From positions 1,505,887-1,569,886 of the forward strand of contig OZ246394.1 in assembly GCA_965230895.1 (NCBI GenBank): a DNA stretch of 64,000 nt, given 5' to 3'. The notes below the pieces were generated by a model, which was not told the origin of the DNA, ran no database searches, and was given only the letters and a program-made list of their open reading frames with translations. Below are positions 1-10,416 of the stretch, in pieces. The translations under genes were made by a program, and so were the position numbers. The stretch is from an uncultured Gammaproteobacteria bacterium (GTDB lineage: Bacteria > Patescibacteriota > Microgenomatia > Levybacterales > UBA12049). Position 1 is the stretch's first letter; every line of letters starts with the position of its first letter.

Positions 1-2
1 GT

Positions 3-2231
3 CAGACAACAAACAGTAGTAAGGTCTTTAGAGGTAATTTCCTTCAAGCACTTTATGGGGATTCATATAACTTAGGGGAGTTAAACGGAAGCACGAATTT
101 TGCATCCTTCTATGGTTCAGGGTCATTAACAACGCTGAGAGGATCATATAGTCAGGCAGGAGTTTCACTTGGAGCGGCTGGTAATGTATCTTACGCACAG
201 GGATCAGTCGGAGATGTGCAGCATTATGGTACAGGAACAATGAGTGAAGCAACAGGTTTAACAGGTATTGTTTCACTTCGAGCAAGTGGTACTGGGAATG
301 ATGGAGAAATTACAACTGCACGTGGTGTCTATGGTTATGTCGAAAATAATCTTTCTGCCAATACTGGAACAATTGTCACCGGTACTGCTATCTATGCTGG
401 TGCACCAACCGCGGCAGCAAATGCTCCAATTACAAATACAAATGGTGTCTATGTCGAGAATCAAGGCAAGACAGGTGTTACAAATGCAACTGGCCTTTAT
501 GTAGCTGCACAAAGTGGAGCAAGCAGTACTAATTATGCAGCTATCTTTGCAGGTGGAAGAATCGGTATGGGTACAACCACTCCATTATCAGGACTTGATG
601 TGCGTGGAAGTGGATTAGCAGCTGGAACTGTTCCAGTTGCTTCTATTTCTGGACAAACATCAAATGCAGCTTTGATCGTCGATAACAATGGCGTTGGAGA
701 CCTTTTCACTGCTTCAAAGAGTGGTGCAACAAAGTTTGCAGTATTAAACAATGGTGATGTTCGAATTGCAAATCTTTCAACAGCAGGTGGTGTTCTTTAC
801 ACAAACGGTACAGGAACAATTGCACAAACGGCACAAGGTGCTTCAGGTCAATGTTTGCAATCTCAAGGTGTTGGTGGAGCTCCAATTTGGGGATCTTGTG
901 ACAGTGCAAGTAGTGTAGACGCGTTTACTGTTGCAAATGGACTTATTTACAACGGAAACCAAACAACTGACTTCGCATTCGGAGGTACATCTTCAGCAAG
1001 TGCAAAATTCAAAGTTAGCATCAGCGGTACACAACCAACTGCATCTGTTGCTGGACAGACTTCAAGTGCTGCAATGATTGTTGACCAAACTGGAGTTGGA
1101 GATCTCTTCACAGCAAGTAAATCAGGGGCAACGAAGTTTACAATTACAAATAGTGGAGTCGTAGGTATCGGACAATTCCCTCGAACAAATCTTTCAACAA
1201 CACCTGCTGGAACACTCCATCTATGGGGATTGGGTTCAAATGGCTCAAATGCAATCCTTAACTTTGGAGATCAAGCGAATTCATCAAATGCATACATTAA
1301 GGAAAATGGTACCGGTGATAGTGATATCCTCGAACTTGGTGGACGACAAGGTCTAATCTTTGCAACTGGTACGAATACTACATATGGATTTGAACGAATG
1401 AGAATTGATGCAAATGGTAACGTAAACATCAATAATACAGGAACAGCCCTTTCTACACTTGATGCACGAGGCAATTCAGGTACAACTTCTGTGGCATCCG
1501 TCTCTGGTCAAACATCAAATGCAGCATTAATCGTCGATAATAACGGAGTAGGTGATGTCTTTACAGCATCGAAATCAGGAAAGACATTCTTCACAGTGAA
1601 GAATAATGGTGTCATCCAAATGGGTAACAATACTGATGGCGTCACATTTGATTACCTCAATGGTGGACCAAACTATGTCGGTCGAGCTCGTCCGACAAAG
1701 CAAATCGTTCTTTCACCTGAATATGCTGGTGGTATCATGACTGCTTCTGGTTCTGCAACAACTGATGGTGATATGACTGCTGATGCATCTGCTTCAGCAT
1801 CAACATTGATTACTCTAAATGGTGTTGCAAACAACTACCTCACATATTACGAATGGTCATCAAGTGAAACTTCATTCCAAGATTACACAGTCGGTGTTCG
1901 AGTCACACTTCCACCAGACTTCTCATCATGGGCGCCTGGTGGATCTTCAATCCAAGTTGTCTACAACACAGAATTGGGAACAAGTACAAGTAATAAGTTG
2001 GATATGATTATCTATCCATCAAGTAGTTCAACACCTACAGTCTATCGCCAAACACAAAATTCAGCATCAAAGACATGGACAACAATTGATGTTCCAGCAA
2101 CTGATTTGAACGATGGTACACCATGGAATGCAGCAAGTCAGTCAGCGATGTTGTACTTCAAGATGTCATCCAAAGATGGTAATCATGTCCAATTGGGTGA
2201 CATTATCTTGAACTATCTGAGCAAGTTCTAA
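3..2231 (+). CDS. Large Gly/Ser/Thr-rich surface/fibre-like protein, 5'-truncated (frame is open from window start)
   Basis: Frame is stop-free from position 3 to TAA at 2231. Contains three copies of a 'VAS(I/V)SGQTSxAA(L/M)IVDxxGVGD(L/V)FTASKSGxTxF' repeat and tail-fibre-like 'ERMRIDANGNVNI' and 'GRIGMGTTTP' motifs. Confidence 0.8.
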   Translation, partial: QTTNSSKVFRGNFLQALYGDSYNLGELNGSTNFASFYGSGSLTTLRGSYSQAGVSLGAAGNVSYAQGSVGDVQHYGTGTMSEATGLTGIVSLRASGTGNDGEITTARGVYGYVENNLSANTGTIVTGTAIYAGAPTAAANAPITNTNGVYVENQGKTGVTNATGLYVAAQSGASSTNYAAIFAGGRIGMGTTTPLSGLDVRGSGLAAGTVPVASISGQTSNAALIVDNNGVGDLFTASKSGATKFAVLNNGDVRIANLSTAGGVLYTNGTGTIAQTAQGASGQCLQSQGVGGAPIWGSCDSASSVDAFTVANGLIYNGNQTTDFAFGGTSSASAKFKVSISGTQPTASVAGQTSSAAMIVDQTGVGDLFTASKSGATKFTITNSGVVGIGQFPRTNLSTTPAGTLHLWGLGSNGSNAILNFGDQANSSNAYIKENGTGDSDILELGGRQGLIFATGTNTTYGFERMRIDANGNVNINNTGTALSTLDARGNSGTTSVASVSGQTSNAALIVDNNGVGDVFTASKSGKTFFTVKNNGVIQMGNNTDGVTFDYLNGGPNYVGRARPTKQIVLSPEYAGGIMTASGSATTDGDMTADASASASTLITLNGVANNYLTYYEWSSSETSFQDYTVGVRVTLPPDFSSWAPGGSSIQVVYNTELGTSTSNKLDMIIYPSSSSTPTVYRQTQNSASKTWTTIDVPATDLNDGTPWNAASQSAMLYFKMSSKDGNHVQLGDIILNYLSKF

Positions 2232-2273
2232 GGAATTGACCAGTATCCATAAGATTGGATACACTTAATTTTT

Positions 2274-5200
2274 ATGTCGAAATTACTAACCACATTTAAA
2301 AAATATATCTTTAATACATTTCGACATGTTCCTACAGTTCATGTTTCAACCAAAAGAAAAACATTGGGACGAAGAATCGTTATTAGTGTATTAGTTTCAT
2401 TGATTGCCTTAGAACATGTACTTGTTCCATTTGCATATGCAGAGCAAAATACTCCAACTCCAAAAGCACAAAAAGAACAATTCAAAACATTAACCACAGA
2501 TACAAATCTCGAAGGCGTTGATCCATATATCGGAGAGGGGCGGGGAGTCAAATCAATAATTCCAGCGATTACAGACTTGAGCGTTTCCAATGATTCTGCA
2601 ACTGTTGCTGTCCCAGCTCGCGTCCATCGACTTGCAAAAGAAGATTACAGACCAAATGAAGAGATAAAAGTTGTTATCGAAAATGGTATCAACAAAAAGT
2701 TTAAGACAGAACTTATCGATGCAGTTGGTCAAAAAGTTGCTCTCGAAACAACAGAAAAAGAGACAGGTGCAGCAAAAGTAATTACTATCAATCAACCAAG
2801 TAGTTTCCGTCCGGGCAAATATACACTTCGAATTTCTGATGGCAAAGGCGGCGTTTCAGAACAAGATTTCAGTTGGGGAGTACTGGCTATCAATCCAGAC
2901 AAATCTATTTACGCGCCACAAGAAAATGCGGATCTTGCAATTGCTGTTTTGGATGAAGGTGGAAATATGGTTTGTGATGCACAAGTCGAATTACAAATCA
3001 CAGACCCAAACAATAAAGTCACATCACTTTCAACTGACAATGGCAAGGTTTTAATTAATCCAGAATGTAAGTCTCATGATTTCACATTGAAACCAGATTA
3101 CGAAACCAATTACCAAGTCGGTGGCATTGGTGAATATCAGATGCATTTGAAAGCGCAGACAAAGAATGGTGCATATGAAATTTCTGATTCTTTTGCAGTA
3201 CAAGCTGCTGCACCGTTTGACGTCAAGAGAGTTACAGCAACTCGCATTTATCCACCAAATACCTATCCGGTGACAATGGAAATTACTGCCAATCAAGATT
3301 TCGAAGGAACAGTGACAGAATCAGTGCCAGCGAGTTTCCGCATCGCCAAACCAGGAAGTCAGGTCCTCACTGAAGCGCAACAAGTTGATAAAGATGTCAA
3401 TGCTTCAGACTCTGGAATCCTTGCACCAGAACCACAATTACCAAACGCTCCCGAAGTTGCCGGAATTCAGACAAGTTCTGTCTTGCCATTTAGTACGGTC
3501 AATAATTTAGCAAATATTAATGGAGGAGAACGAGCTGTCTTCGGCGCAACAATTCCCGGACTTGGAATGCCATTTAATGGACCTTTCCCTGTGACACAGG
3601 AATTTGGTGAGAATCTTGTCCACATGGATGATGCAGGACTTTATGAAACATTTGGTATGCATGGTCATGATGGAATCGACTTTGGAATGCCAATTGGGAC
3701 TACAATCCAATCTGTTGATAATGGAACTGTTGTCCAAGCAGGTCCAGGCGGATATGGTACAACGGTTGTAGTCAAGCACAGTTGGGGATACAGTTACTAT
3801 GGCCATTTGAGTGAAGTGAAAGTAAAAGTCGGTGATCAAGTAATCCGTGGAAGTGCAATTGCTCTTTCTGGAAATTCTGGTATCACCACTGGACCTCATT
3901 TACATTTCAGTATTAAGCCAGATAAAAATGATGAAGATAATGGCTACTACGGTAAAGTAGACCCAGCATATTATCTCGGCATGAAACAATCTGCTGGTGT
4001 TGTCCTCGCGGCTGCGACAAAGGTGCAGCCGGAGAGTTACACGACACCGGTTTCAACAGATATCCAGGTCCTAACATGGAAGATTAATGTCAAAAAAGGT
4101 GACAAGATAAAGATAGGCTACAACTACCTGGCGCCAAGAATCAGTCCACAATTTTATACACTTGGTCCAGCAACATTCACTGATACAAGTGGTAAAGAAG
4201 TCTTCCATGAAATTCGTAAATGGCAAATTGCCGCTGACGCGTTGGATTTGAAGATAAAGCAGGGAAGCTTTACGAAGACAGCATCAACCTGTTCGGGAGA
4301 TTGTTTCCAATCGATTACTGGTCTTGGTTTCAAACCGAAAGCAATTATCTTTTATTGGACTGCCCAAACGTCACAAGGATATGCTGCAAATCAATATACA
4401 GGAATGGGTTTTTCAACGTCTGACAATGATGCTCAGGAAAACAGTGTGGCATTCTGGTCTGAAGATGCTCAGTCAAGTTCAGATACTGGAAGAACTCATG
4501 CAAATGGGTCACCGATATATATCATGACGACAGACGGGAATCCCGTGGCAGCGGCCGATGTTCGAAGTTTTGACGCAGATGGATTTACAATTGGTTGGTG
4601 GATCCAAAACTCAAGCTCATACAATATCCAATACACTGCAATAGGTGGAGCAGATGTCACAAATGCAAAAGTGGGAAGCTTTACATTGACAACGGGTACA
4701 GGATCTCTTGCTATAACAGACCCAGGATTTAAGCCAGATTTCTTGATGACACTTGCAACTGGTACAGAAAACGATGGCGATAATACTGCAAATGCAAAAA
4801 TGAGTGTCGGATATGCTGCAAGTGCAAGTAAACAAAGTGCGACAACGATCTTTGCACGAGATGCTCAATCGACTACAAGTACTAAAAGCCAGCAGCGGAC
4901 TGATTCGAATATCCTTTTGCTTACCGATACTGGTACACAAGATGCTATTGCAAGTCTCACAAGCTTTGATACCAACGGATTTACTCTTAATAAGAGCGAT
5001 GGACCAGCGGCGAATACAACTATCTATTATCTTGCATTACAAGGGGGACAATACGATGTCGGTTCTTTAACGCAACCGACGGCGACCGGTTCTCAATCTG
5101 TTACAACTGGTTTTCGGCCAAGTGGAGTGATGTTCGCGAGTCAAAATGCAACCGCGACGACAAGTATCAATAATACAAGTTCGTTAACCATTGGTGGAGC

Positions 5201-8200
5201 TTCCTCTACATCCCAAAGTCGTGATGCATGGTGCAATGACACAGTCGGTATAACCTGCACAAAAGATTGGAGTACGAGAAAAAAGATTACTATAAATAGT
5301 GCGAGTACTTCTGCATCTCTTTCCAATTTTCCTGTACTTGTAAAGCTTGATTCGAGCCGTATTAACTACAACAAAACACAAAATGCTGGGCAGGATATCC
5401 GCTTTGTATCATCAGCAAATCCAAATGCAGTACTTTCGTATGAAATCGAGAAATGGGATGAATCAGGAATATCTTCAGTATGGGTAAAAGTTCCCAATAT
5501 CAACCCGAGCGCAAGTAATTATATATGGATGTATTATGGGAATTCGAATGCTTCAGATGGACAAGATTCTACGAATGTTTGGGATACTAATTTCCAATCT
5601 GTTTATCATTCAAAAGAGACATCAGGGACAACGCTTGGAGATTCAACTACAAATGCAAGGAATGGAACAAAGGCCACGGCATCCCGTCCAAATCCTACAA
5701 CGGCAGGGCAAATAGGTGGAGCCCAAACATATGTTGCCGCAACAAGTGACTGGGTGGATATCGCAAATACTGCATCGAGCGTTGCGACTGGCAGTCTAAC
5801 GTTCTCTTTATGGTTTAGACCGACAACAACGTTTTCTTCTGCAAAAACAGTTAGTCAAATTTTAGTTAACTTAGGGGAGTCTCCTTCCGGGAACGATGTC
5901 TCGCTTGTATTGGATGAAGGTGGTGGACAGGCATATCTTTCTGTTCTGGATTCAGGCAATAATGTTGTGACAGCTCCGTCGAATCAGACTTCGTGGACTG
6001 CGGGGACATGGTATTATTTGAGTGGAACATTCAGTACGCAAGATGGTCTTAAGTTATATGTGAATGGAGTATTGAATGGTACTGATTCTGGAACTACCCG
6101 AGGCACACCTGCTTCCACAAAGATGAGTATTGGTAGATACTTTGATGGAAGTACTGCGTTTGATGGGATAATTGATGAAGTCCGTATCTCAAATACAGCA
6201 CGCTCGGCAGATTGGACAAATACAGAATATCTTACTGCAATTGATGCAACAAATACCTATGGTATCGAAGAAGCACAAAATCAAGGTGCAAATATCGTTA
6301 ATCAGGGGACTATCTGGTCAGACGATCGCAATGGCCAAGCATCAAATCGAAACGCGAATATGTCCACCACTACTGCTGCTGCAATTCGTATCGCAACCAG
6401 TGCAAGTAATGGTTCGACTCCATCAAGCGCAAATGCTGAAGCAGAATTACAGTCATTTGATACCTCAGGATATACACTTAATTGGACAACAGCAGATGCT
6501 ACGGCACGTGAAGTTGTCTACTGGGCCGCAGGAAGTATTTCTGCTTCTCAGGAAGATTATCGTTGGTTCAAAAATGCAAATGCTCTAACTCCAGGAGAGG
6601 CACTTGAAGACGAAAACACCACAACGATCGTTGCAAAGAGCAAAGCCACTGCAAGACTTCGCGCAAGTATGTCTGCTGGAGGAAATGGGTTAAGTGCCTC
6701 ATCACCTGGATTCAAGCTCCAATATGCTGCAGCTGGTGCAGAATCTGGTGTGACTCCATCAAATGATTGGTGCAATGATACAACAGGAGTGACTTGTGTG
6801 GCACCAGGACCAACTTCTCAGCAGGTCGTGACGCAAACCGATTGGTGCAATGATGCATCAGGTATAACGTGTGATACCAACTGGCAATATCGGCGTAAGA
6901 TAACGATTAATAATTCTGCCTCAGGTCAGACATTGACTGATTTTCCTTTATTGGTGAAATTGGATAGTACAAGAATTGATTACTCAAAGACACAAAGTGA
7001 TGGTGATGATCTCAGGTTCGTTGCAGATGGAGCCCCAACCGTTGTACTGCCACATGAAATTGATGGTACGTGGAGCAATAGTGGTACTAATTATGTCTGG
7101 GTGAAGGTAACACTAGCGGCAGGATCAACTACAGGAGCTATTTATATGTACTACGGAAATAATAGTGCTACCAGTGGGCAAGATAAAAATAATGTTTGGA
7201 ATTCAGCTTATCAGTCCGTTTGGCATCTTGGAGAGACTGGAGACAATGTAGGTAATGATTATATAGACAGTACAAGTACGGCAAATAATGCTCAGGGAGG
7301 TGGAGGTCAATCTGGGCGAGTTCCTGCTCCGTCTTCGGCTGGTCAGATTGGAGCTGCACAAGACTTCGATGGAACTGATGATGTCTTGACTACTTCCCAA
7401 GCTGGTACTTATAACTTTTCTAATGCATTTACGATCGATTTATGGATAAATGCTGACGACTGTGGAGATAGTGGAGGAGCGGGGACTATTTTCGAGAACT
7501 GGGCGGATGCTGGAGAATTCTATGTATGTTCGACAAATTCGAGAGCGTTAGGGTTCTGGGTTAATAGTCCTGGAGATGATACCTATACTGTCGGAAACGT
7601 ATTTAGCTTTAACACCTGGGCGCACGTTGCTGTTACTCATAATGGATCAGGAACATATAGCTACTACGTAAACGGTGTTTTGCAAACTAACTCGGATGGA
7701 ACAGGTTCAGTGAATAACGCGAGTAGTCCTTCGACAAAAGTTGGAATAATCGGTGCAGATGAAGCATCACTCTCTTCTAATTATAACTTTGATGGAGAAA
7801 TGGATGACCTCCGTGTGTCCAGTTCAGTACGCACTGCTGATTGGCTTGAAGCGGAATATCTGACAGGAACCGATGCAATGAATTCATTTGGTTCAGAGCA
7901 AACATATCAGACGACAACTTCTTCAAATGGGGGATGGGATATGCGAAGAAAGATAACGTTTGATAATTCAAGTGCAGCAGGAAACCTTCCTAACTTCCCG
8001 GTTTTAGTCAAACTCGATAATACACGAATCGACTACAGCAAGACACAAAATAGTGGTCAAGACATTCGTTTTGTTGATCCATCTGATCCTACGACAGTAC
8101 TTCCTCATGAAATTGAAACCTGGAATGAAAGTGGTACATCCTACGTGTGGGTGAAAGTCCCTCAGATTGATGCAGGATCAACGAGTGATTATATCTGGAT

Positions 8201-10403
8201 GTATTACGACAACCCGACAGTTTCGGACGGACAAGATGCGACAAATGTATGGGAAAGTGATTTCAAAGGAGTTTGGCATTTATCGGAATCAGGTAATGGA
8301 ACCTCAAATGAATTCGATGAAAGTACATCAAGTGCTGATAACGGAACTGGAGGAGGAGGAACAGGTACCAAAGTCCCTACACGAACCGCTGGGCAAATTG
8401 GTTCAGGGCAAAAATTTGATGGTGTCGATGATTATATTATTACAAATAGTACAAGTTTGATTAATGGTACAACTGCATATACGTATGAAGCTTGGATAAA
8501 TCCTACATCTTGTGGAGAAGGGGGAAGTGGTACTGTTTTGGGTAAAGATAATGTTTCAAACCTTTTCCTATGTCAAACCGTTGCCAATAACATTGCACTA
8601 GCTTATGAAGCAAATGGTTCTAGTGCGTATTCCGCCATTAATTCATTAACGATGAATAAGTGGCATCATGTTGTCGCTGTTTATAATGACGCGAACGTGG
8701 CATCTTTTTACATTGACGGAGTTCTTGTTACAGCAACAGATTCTTCTGTCACAGAAGCAAATACTACTGGAGGGATTGTCATCGGTACAGAATCAAGTGG
8801 TGGCACAACTCCGGCGACTTCAAATTACAATTTTGATGGTGTTATCGACGAAGCTCGTATTTCAACTGGTGTTCGTTCCGCAGATTGGATTAAGGCAGAA
8901 TATCTCACAGGATCAGATCAGATGAATGCATACAGTGAAGAGCAAGCATATACAAACGCTGGATCTGTAACCACAGGTTGGACTGATGTTGCAGATATCT
9001 GGTGCAATGATAATACAGGTGTAACGTGCAATACCAATTGGACAACGAGAAAGAGAATCACAATTAATAATCAAGCTTCAAGTACAAACCTTACCAGTTT
9101 CCCGGTGCTTGTTAAATTAGATTCAACAAGAATTGACTACAGTAAGACTCAAAATAGTGGACAAGATCTGCGATTTGTTGATCCGGCTGATCCAAATACT
9201 GTGTTGCCACATGAAATAGAACGTTGGGATGAATCCGGTACATCATATGTTTGGGTACAAGTTCCGCAATTAGACGCAAAGTCTGCAACAGATTCTATCT
9301 GGATGTATTATGGCAATGCAGCTATTAGTGATGGACAGGCTGCATCAAGTGTATGGGATGGGAACTATAAAGGAGTATGGCATTTAAATCAGGATCCAGC
9401 TGTAGCAGGATCAGGAGGAATACTAGATTCTACAACAAATGCAAATAATGGTACTGACACTGGATCTATGGACGCGAATGATTTAGTCCCTGGAACGATT
9501 GATGGTAGTCTTGATTTTGATGGATCAAATGATTATATCCAAGTTAATAATCCTGCTTCTTTAAGAATTACAGGTGCGCTCACGATTTCTACTTGGGTCA
9601 AGGTTGATAATAATACTCAAGGGGCAGTTATTTCAAAAAGTGATTTAACTCCAACTGCTTTGGCGTATAGTTTGGAGATTCTTAGTGGTAAAGCTGTCTT
9701 ATATGTTTCTTCAAATGGATCGTCGTATGTATCAGCAACAAGTACTTCTACGTTAGCTACTGGTATTTGGTATCACATTACGGCAGTCTACAATCCAAGT
9801 ACATCATTAACTATGTATATTAATGGAATCCAAGAAGCGCAAAATACTACCAGCATACCTGCTTCTCTTTTTAATAGTGCTCAGAATGTTAATATTGGTG
9901 CCCAGCAAAGCAATGCAACGAACCCACTTGACGGTATTATAGATGAGTCGAGAATATCAAATACTAATCGTTCTGCTGATTGGGTTAAAGCAGAATATTT
10001 GACGACTTCTGATCAATTAAATACTTTTGGTAACGAAGAAACGCAAAGTTCAGCTGTATGGAGATTTAAAGATAATACATCTGTCTCAGATGGAACAACA
10101 ATTACATCTGCTGTCTTGGGTACATCAACTTCTGGAAATCAAATGACATATCAAGAGTCCAATCCAACCTTTCTTATTCCGACTGCTTTGGGTGTAGGAG
10201 AGAAGAGAGAATTTGATTTCTCACTGGATGGTTCGAGGGCAAGTAACCGAAGGACGTATTATTTCAGGTTGGTTAATGCTGATGGGACACCAATGACGAA
10301 TTATACAAAGTATCCTTCAATTACTGTAGGTGTTCCAAATGACAAACTAATGCGTGGCGGAAAATGGTTTAATTACAAGAAAGAACAGAATGTCAGCTTC
10401 TAG
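2274..10403 (+). CDS. Giant (2709 aa) membrane-anchored surface protein: M23 peptidase domain plus four DUF2341 + LamG/concanavalin A-like modules
   Basis: N-terminal TM segment; M23 motifs HDGIDF and GPHLHF; four repeats of 'FPVLVKLDxxRIDYxKTQxxGxDxRFV...VWVKVP...IWMYYGN' each followed by a LamG-like region ending '(F/L)DGx(I/M)D(E/D)xR(I/V)S...RSADW'. Confidence 0.88.
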   Translation: MSKLLTTFKKYIFNTFRHVPTVHVSTKRKTLGRRIVISVLVSLIALEHVLVPFAYAEQNTPTPKAQKEQFKTLTTDTNLEGVDPYIGEGRGVKSIIPAITDLSVSNDSATVAVPARVHRLAKEDYRPNEEIKVVIENGINKKFKTELIDAVGQKVALETTEKETGAAKVITINQPSSFRPGKYTLRISDGKGGVSEQDFSWGVLAINPDKSIYAPQENADLAIAVLDEGGNMVCDAQVELQITDPNNKVTSLSTDNGKVLINPECKSHDFTLKPDYETNYQVGGIGEYQMHLKAQTKNGAYEISDSFAVQAAAPFDVKRVTATRIYPPNTYPVTMEITANQDFEGTVTESVPASFRIAKPGSQVLTEAQQVDKDVNASDSGILAPEPQLPNAPEVAGIQTSSVLPFSTVNNLANINGGERAVFGATIPGLGMPFNGPFPVTQEFGENLVHMDDAGLYETFGMHGHDGIDFGMPIGTTIQSVDNGTVVQAGPGGYGTTVVVKHSWGYSYYGHLSEVKVKVGDQVIRGSAIALSGNSGITTGPHLHFSIKPDKNDEDNGYYGKVDPAYYLGMKQSAGVVLAAATKVQPESYTTPVSTDIQVLTWKINVKKGDKIKIGYNYLAPRISPQFYTLGPATFTDTSGKEVFHEIRKWQIAADALDLKIKQGSFTKTASTCSGDCFQSITGLGFKPKAIIFYWTAQTSQGYAANQYTGMGFSTSDNDAQENSVAFWSEDAQSSSDTGRTHANGSPIYIMTTDGNPVAAADVRSFDADGFTIGWWIQNSSSYNIQYTAIGGADVTNAKVGSFTLTTGTGSLAITDPGFKPDFLMTLATGTENDGDNTANAKMSVGYAASASKQSATTIFARDAQSTTSTKSQQRTDSNILLLTDTGTQDAIASLTSFDTNGFTLNKSDGPAANTTIYYLALQGGQYDVGSLTQPTATGSQSVTTGFRPSGVMFASQNATATTSINNTSSLTIGGASSTSQSRDAWCNDTVGITCTKDWSTRKKITINSASTSASLSNFPVLVKLDSSRINYNKTQNAGQDIRFVSSANPNAVLSYEIEKWDESGISSVWVKVPNINPSASNYIWMYYGNSNASDGQDSTNVWDTNFQSVYHSKETSGTTLGDSTTNARNGTKATASRPNPTTAGQIGGAQTYVAATSDWVDIANTASSVATGSLTFSLWFRPTTTFSSAKTVSQILVNLGESPSGNDVSLVLDEGGGQAYLSVLDSGNNVVTAPSNQTSWTAGTWYYLSGTFSTQDGLKLYVNGVLNGTDSGTTRGTPASTKMSIGRYFDGSTAFDGIIDEVRISNTARSADWTNTEYLTAIDATNTYGIEEAQNQGANIVNQGTIWSDDRNGQASNRNANMSTTTAAAIRIATSASNGSTPSSANAEAELQSFDTSGYTLNWTTADATAREVVYWAAGSISASQEDYRWFKNANALTPGEALEDENTTTIVAKSKATARLRASMSAGGNGLSASSPGFKLQYAAAGAESGVTPSNDWCNDTTGVTCVAPGPTSQQVVTQTDWCNDASGITCDTNWQYRRKITINNSASGQTLTDFPLLVKLDSTRIDYSKTQSDGDDLRFVADGAPTVVLPHEIDGTWSNSGTNYVWVKVTLAAGSTTGAIYMYYGNNSATSGQDKNNVWNSAYQSVWHLGETGDNVGNDYIDSTSTANNAQGGGGQSGRVPAPSSAGQIGAAQDFDGTDDVLTTSQAGTYNFSNAFTIDLWINADDCGDSGGAGTIFENWADAGEFYVCSTNSRALGFWVNSPGDDTYTVGNVFSFNTWAHVAVTHNGSGTYSYYVNGVLQTNSDGTGSVNNASSPSTKVGIIGADEASLSSNYNFDGEMDDLRVSSSVRTADWLEAEYLTGTDAMNSFGSEQTYQTTTSSNGGWDMRRKITFDNSSAAGNLPNFPVLVKLDNTRIDYSKTQNSGQDIRFVDPSDPTTVLPHEIETWNESGTSYVWVKVPQIDAGSTSDYIWMYYDNPTVSDGQDATNVWESDFKGVWHLSESGNGTSNEFDESTSSADNGTGGGGTGTKVPTRTAGQIGSGQKFDGVDDYIITNSTSLINGTTAYTYEAWINPTSCGEGGSGTVLGKDNVSNLFLCQTVANNIALAYEANGSSAYSAINSLTMNKWHHVVAVYNDANVASFYIDGVLVTATDSSVTEANTTGGIVIGTESSGGTTPATSNYNFDGVIDEARISTGVRSADWIKAEYLTGSDQMNAYSEEQAYTNAGSVTTGWTDVADIWCNDNTGVTCNTNWTTRKRITINNQASSTNLTSFPVLVKLDSTRIDYSKTQNSGQDLRFVDPADPNTVLPHEIERWDESGTSYVWVQVPQLDAKSATDSIWMYYGNAAISDGQAASSVWDGNYKGVWHLNQDPAVAGSGGILDSTTNANNGTDTGSMDANDLVPGTIDGSLDFDGSNDYIQVNNPASLRITGALTISTWVKVDNNTQGAVISKSDLTPTALAYSLEILSGKAVLYVSSNGSSYVSATSTSTLATGIWYHITAVYNPSTSLTMYINGIQEAQNTTSIPASLFNSAQNVNIGAQQSNATNPLDGIIDESRISNTNRSADWVKAEYLTTSDQLNTFGNEETQSSAVWRFKDNTSVSDGTTITSAVLGTSTSGNQMTYQESNPTFLIPTALGVGEKREFDFSLDGSRASNRRTYYFRLVNADGTPMTNYTKYPSITVGVPNDKLMRGGKWFNYKKEQNVSF

Positions 10404-10416
10404 TACATGACGGATC

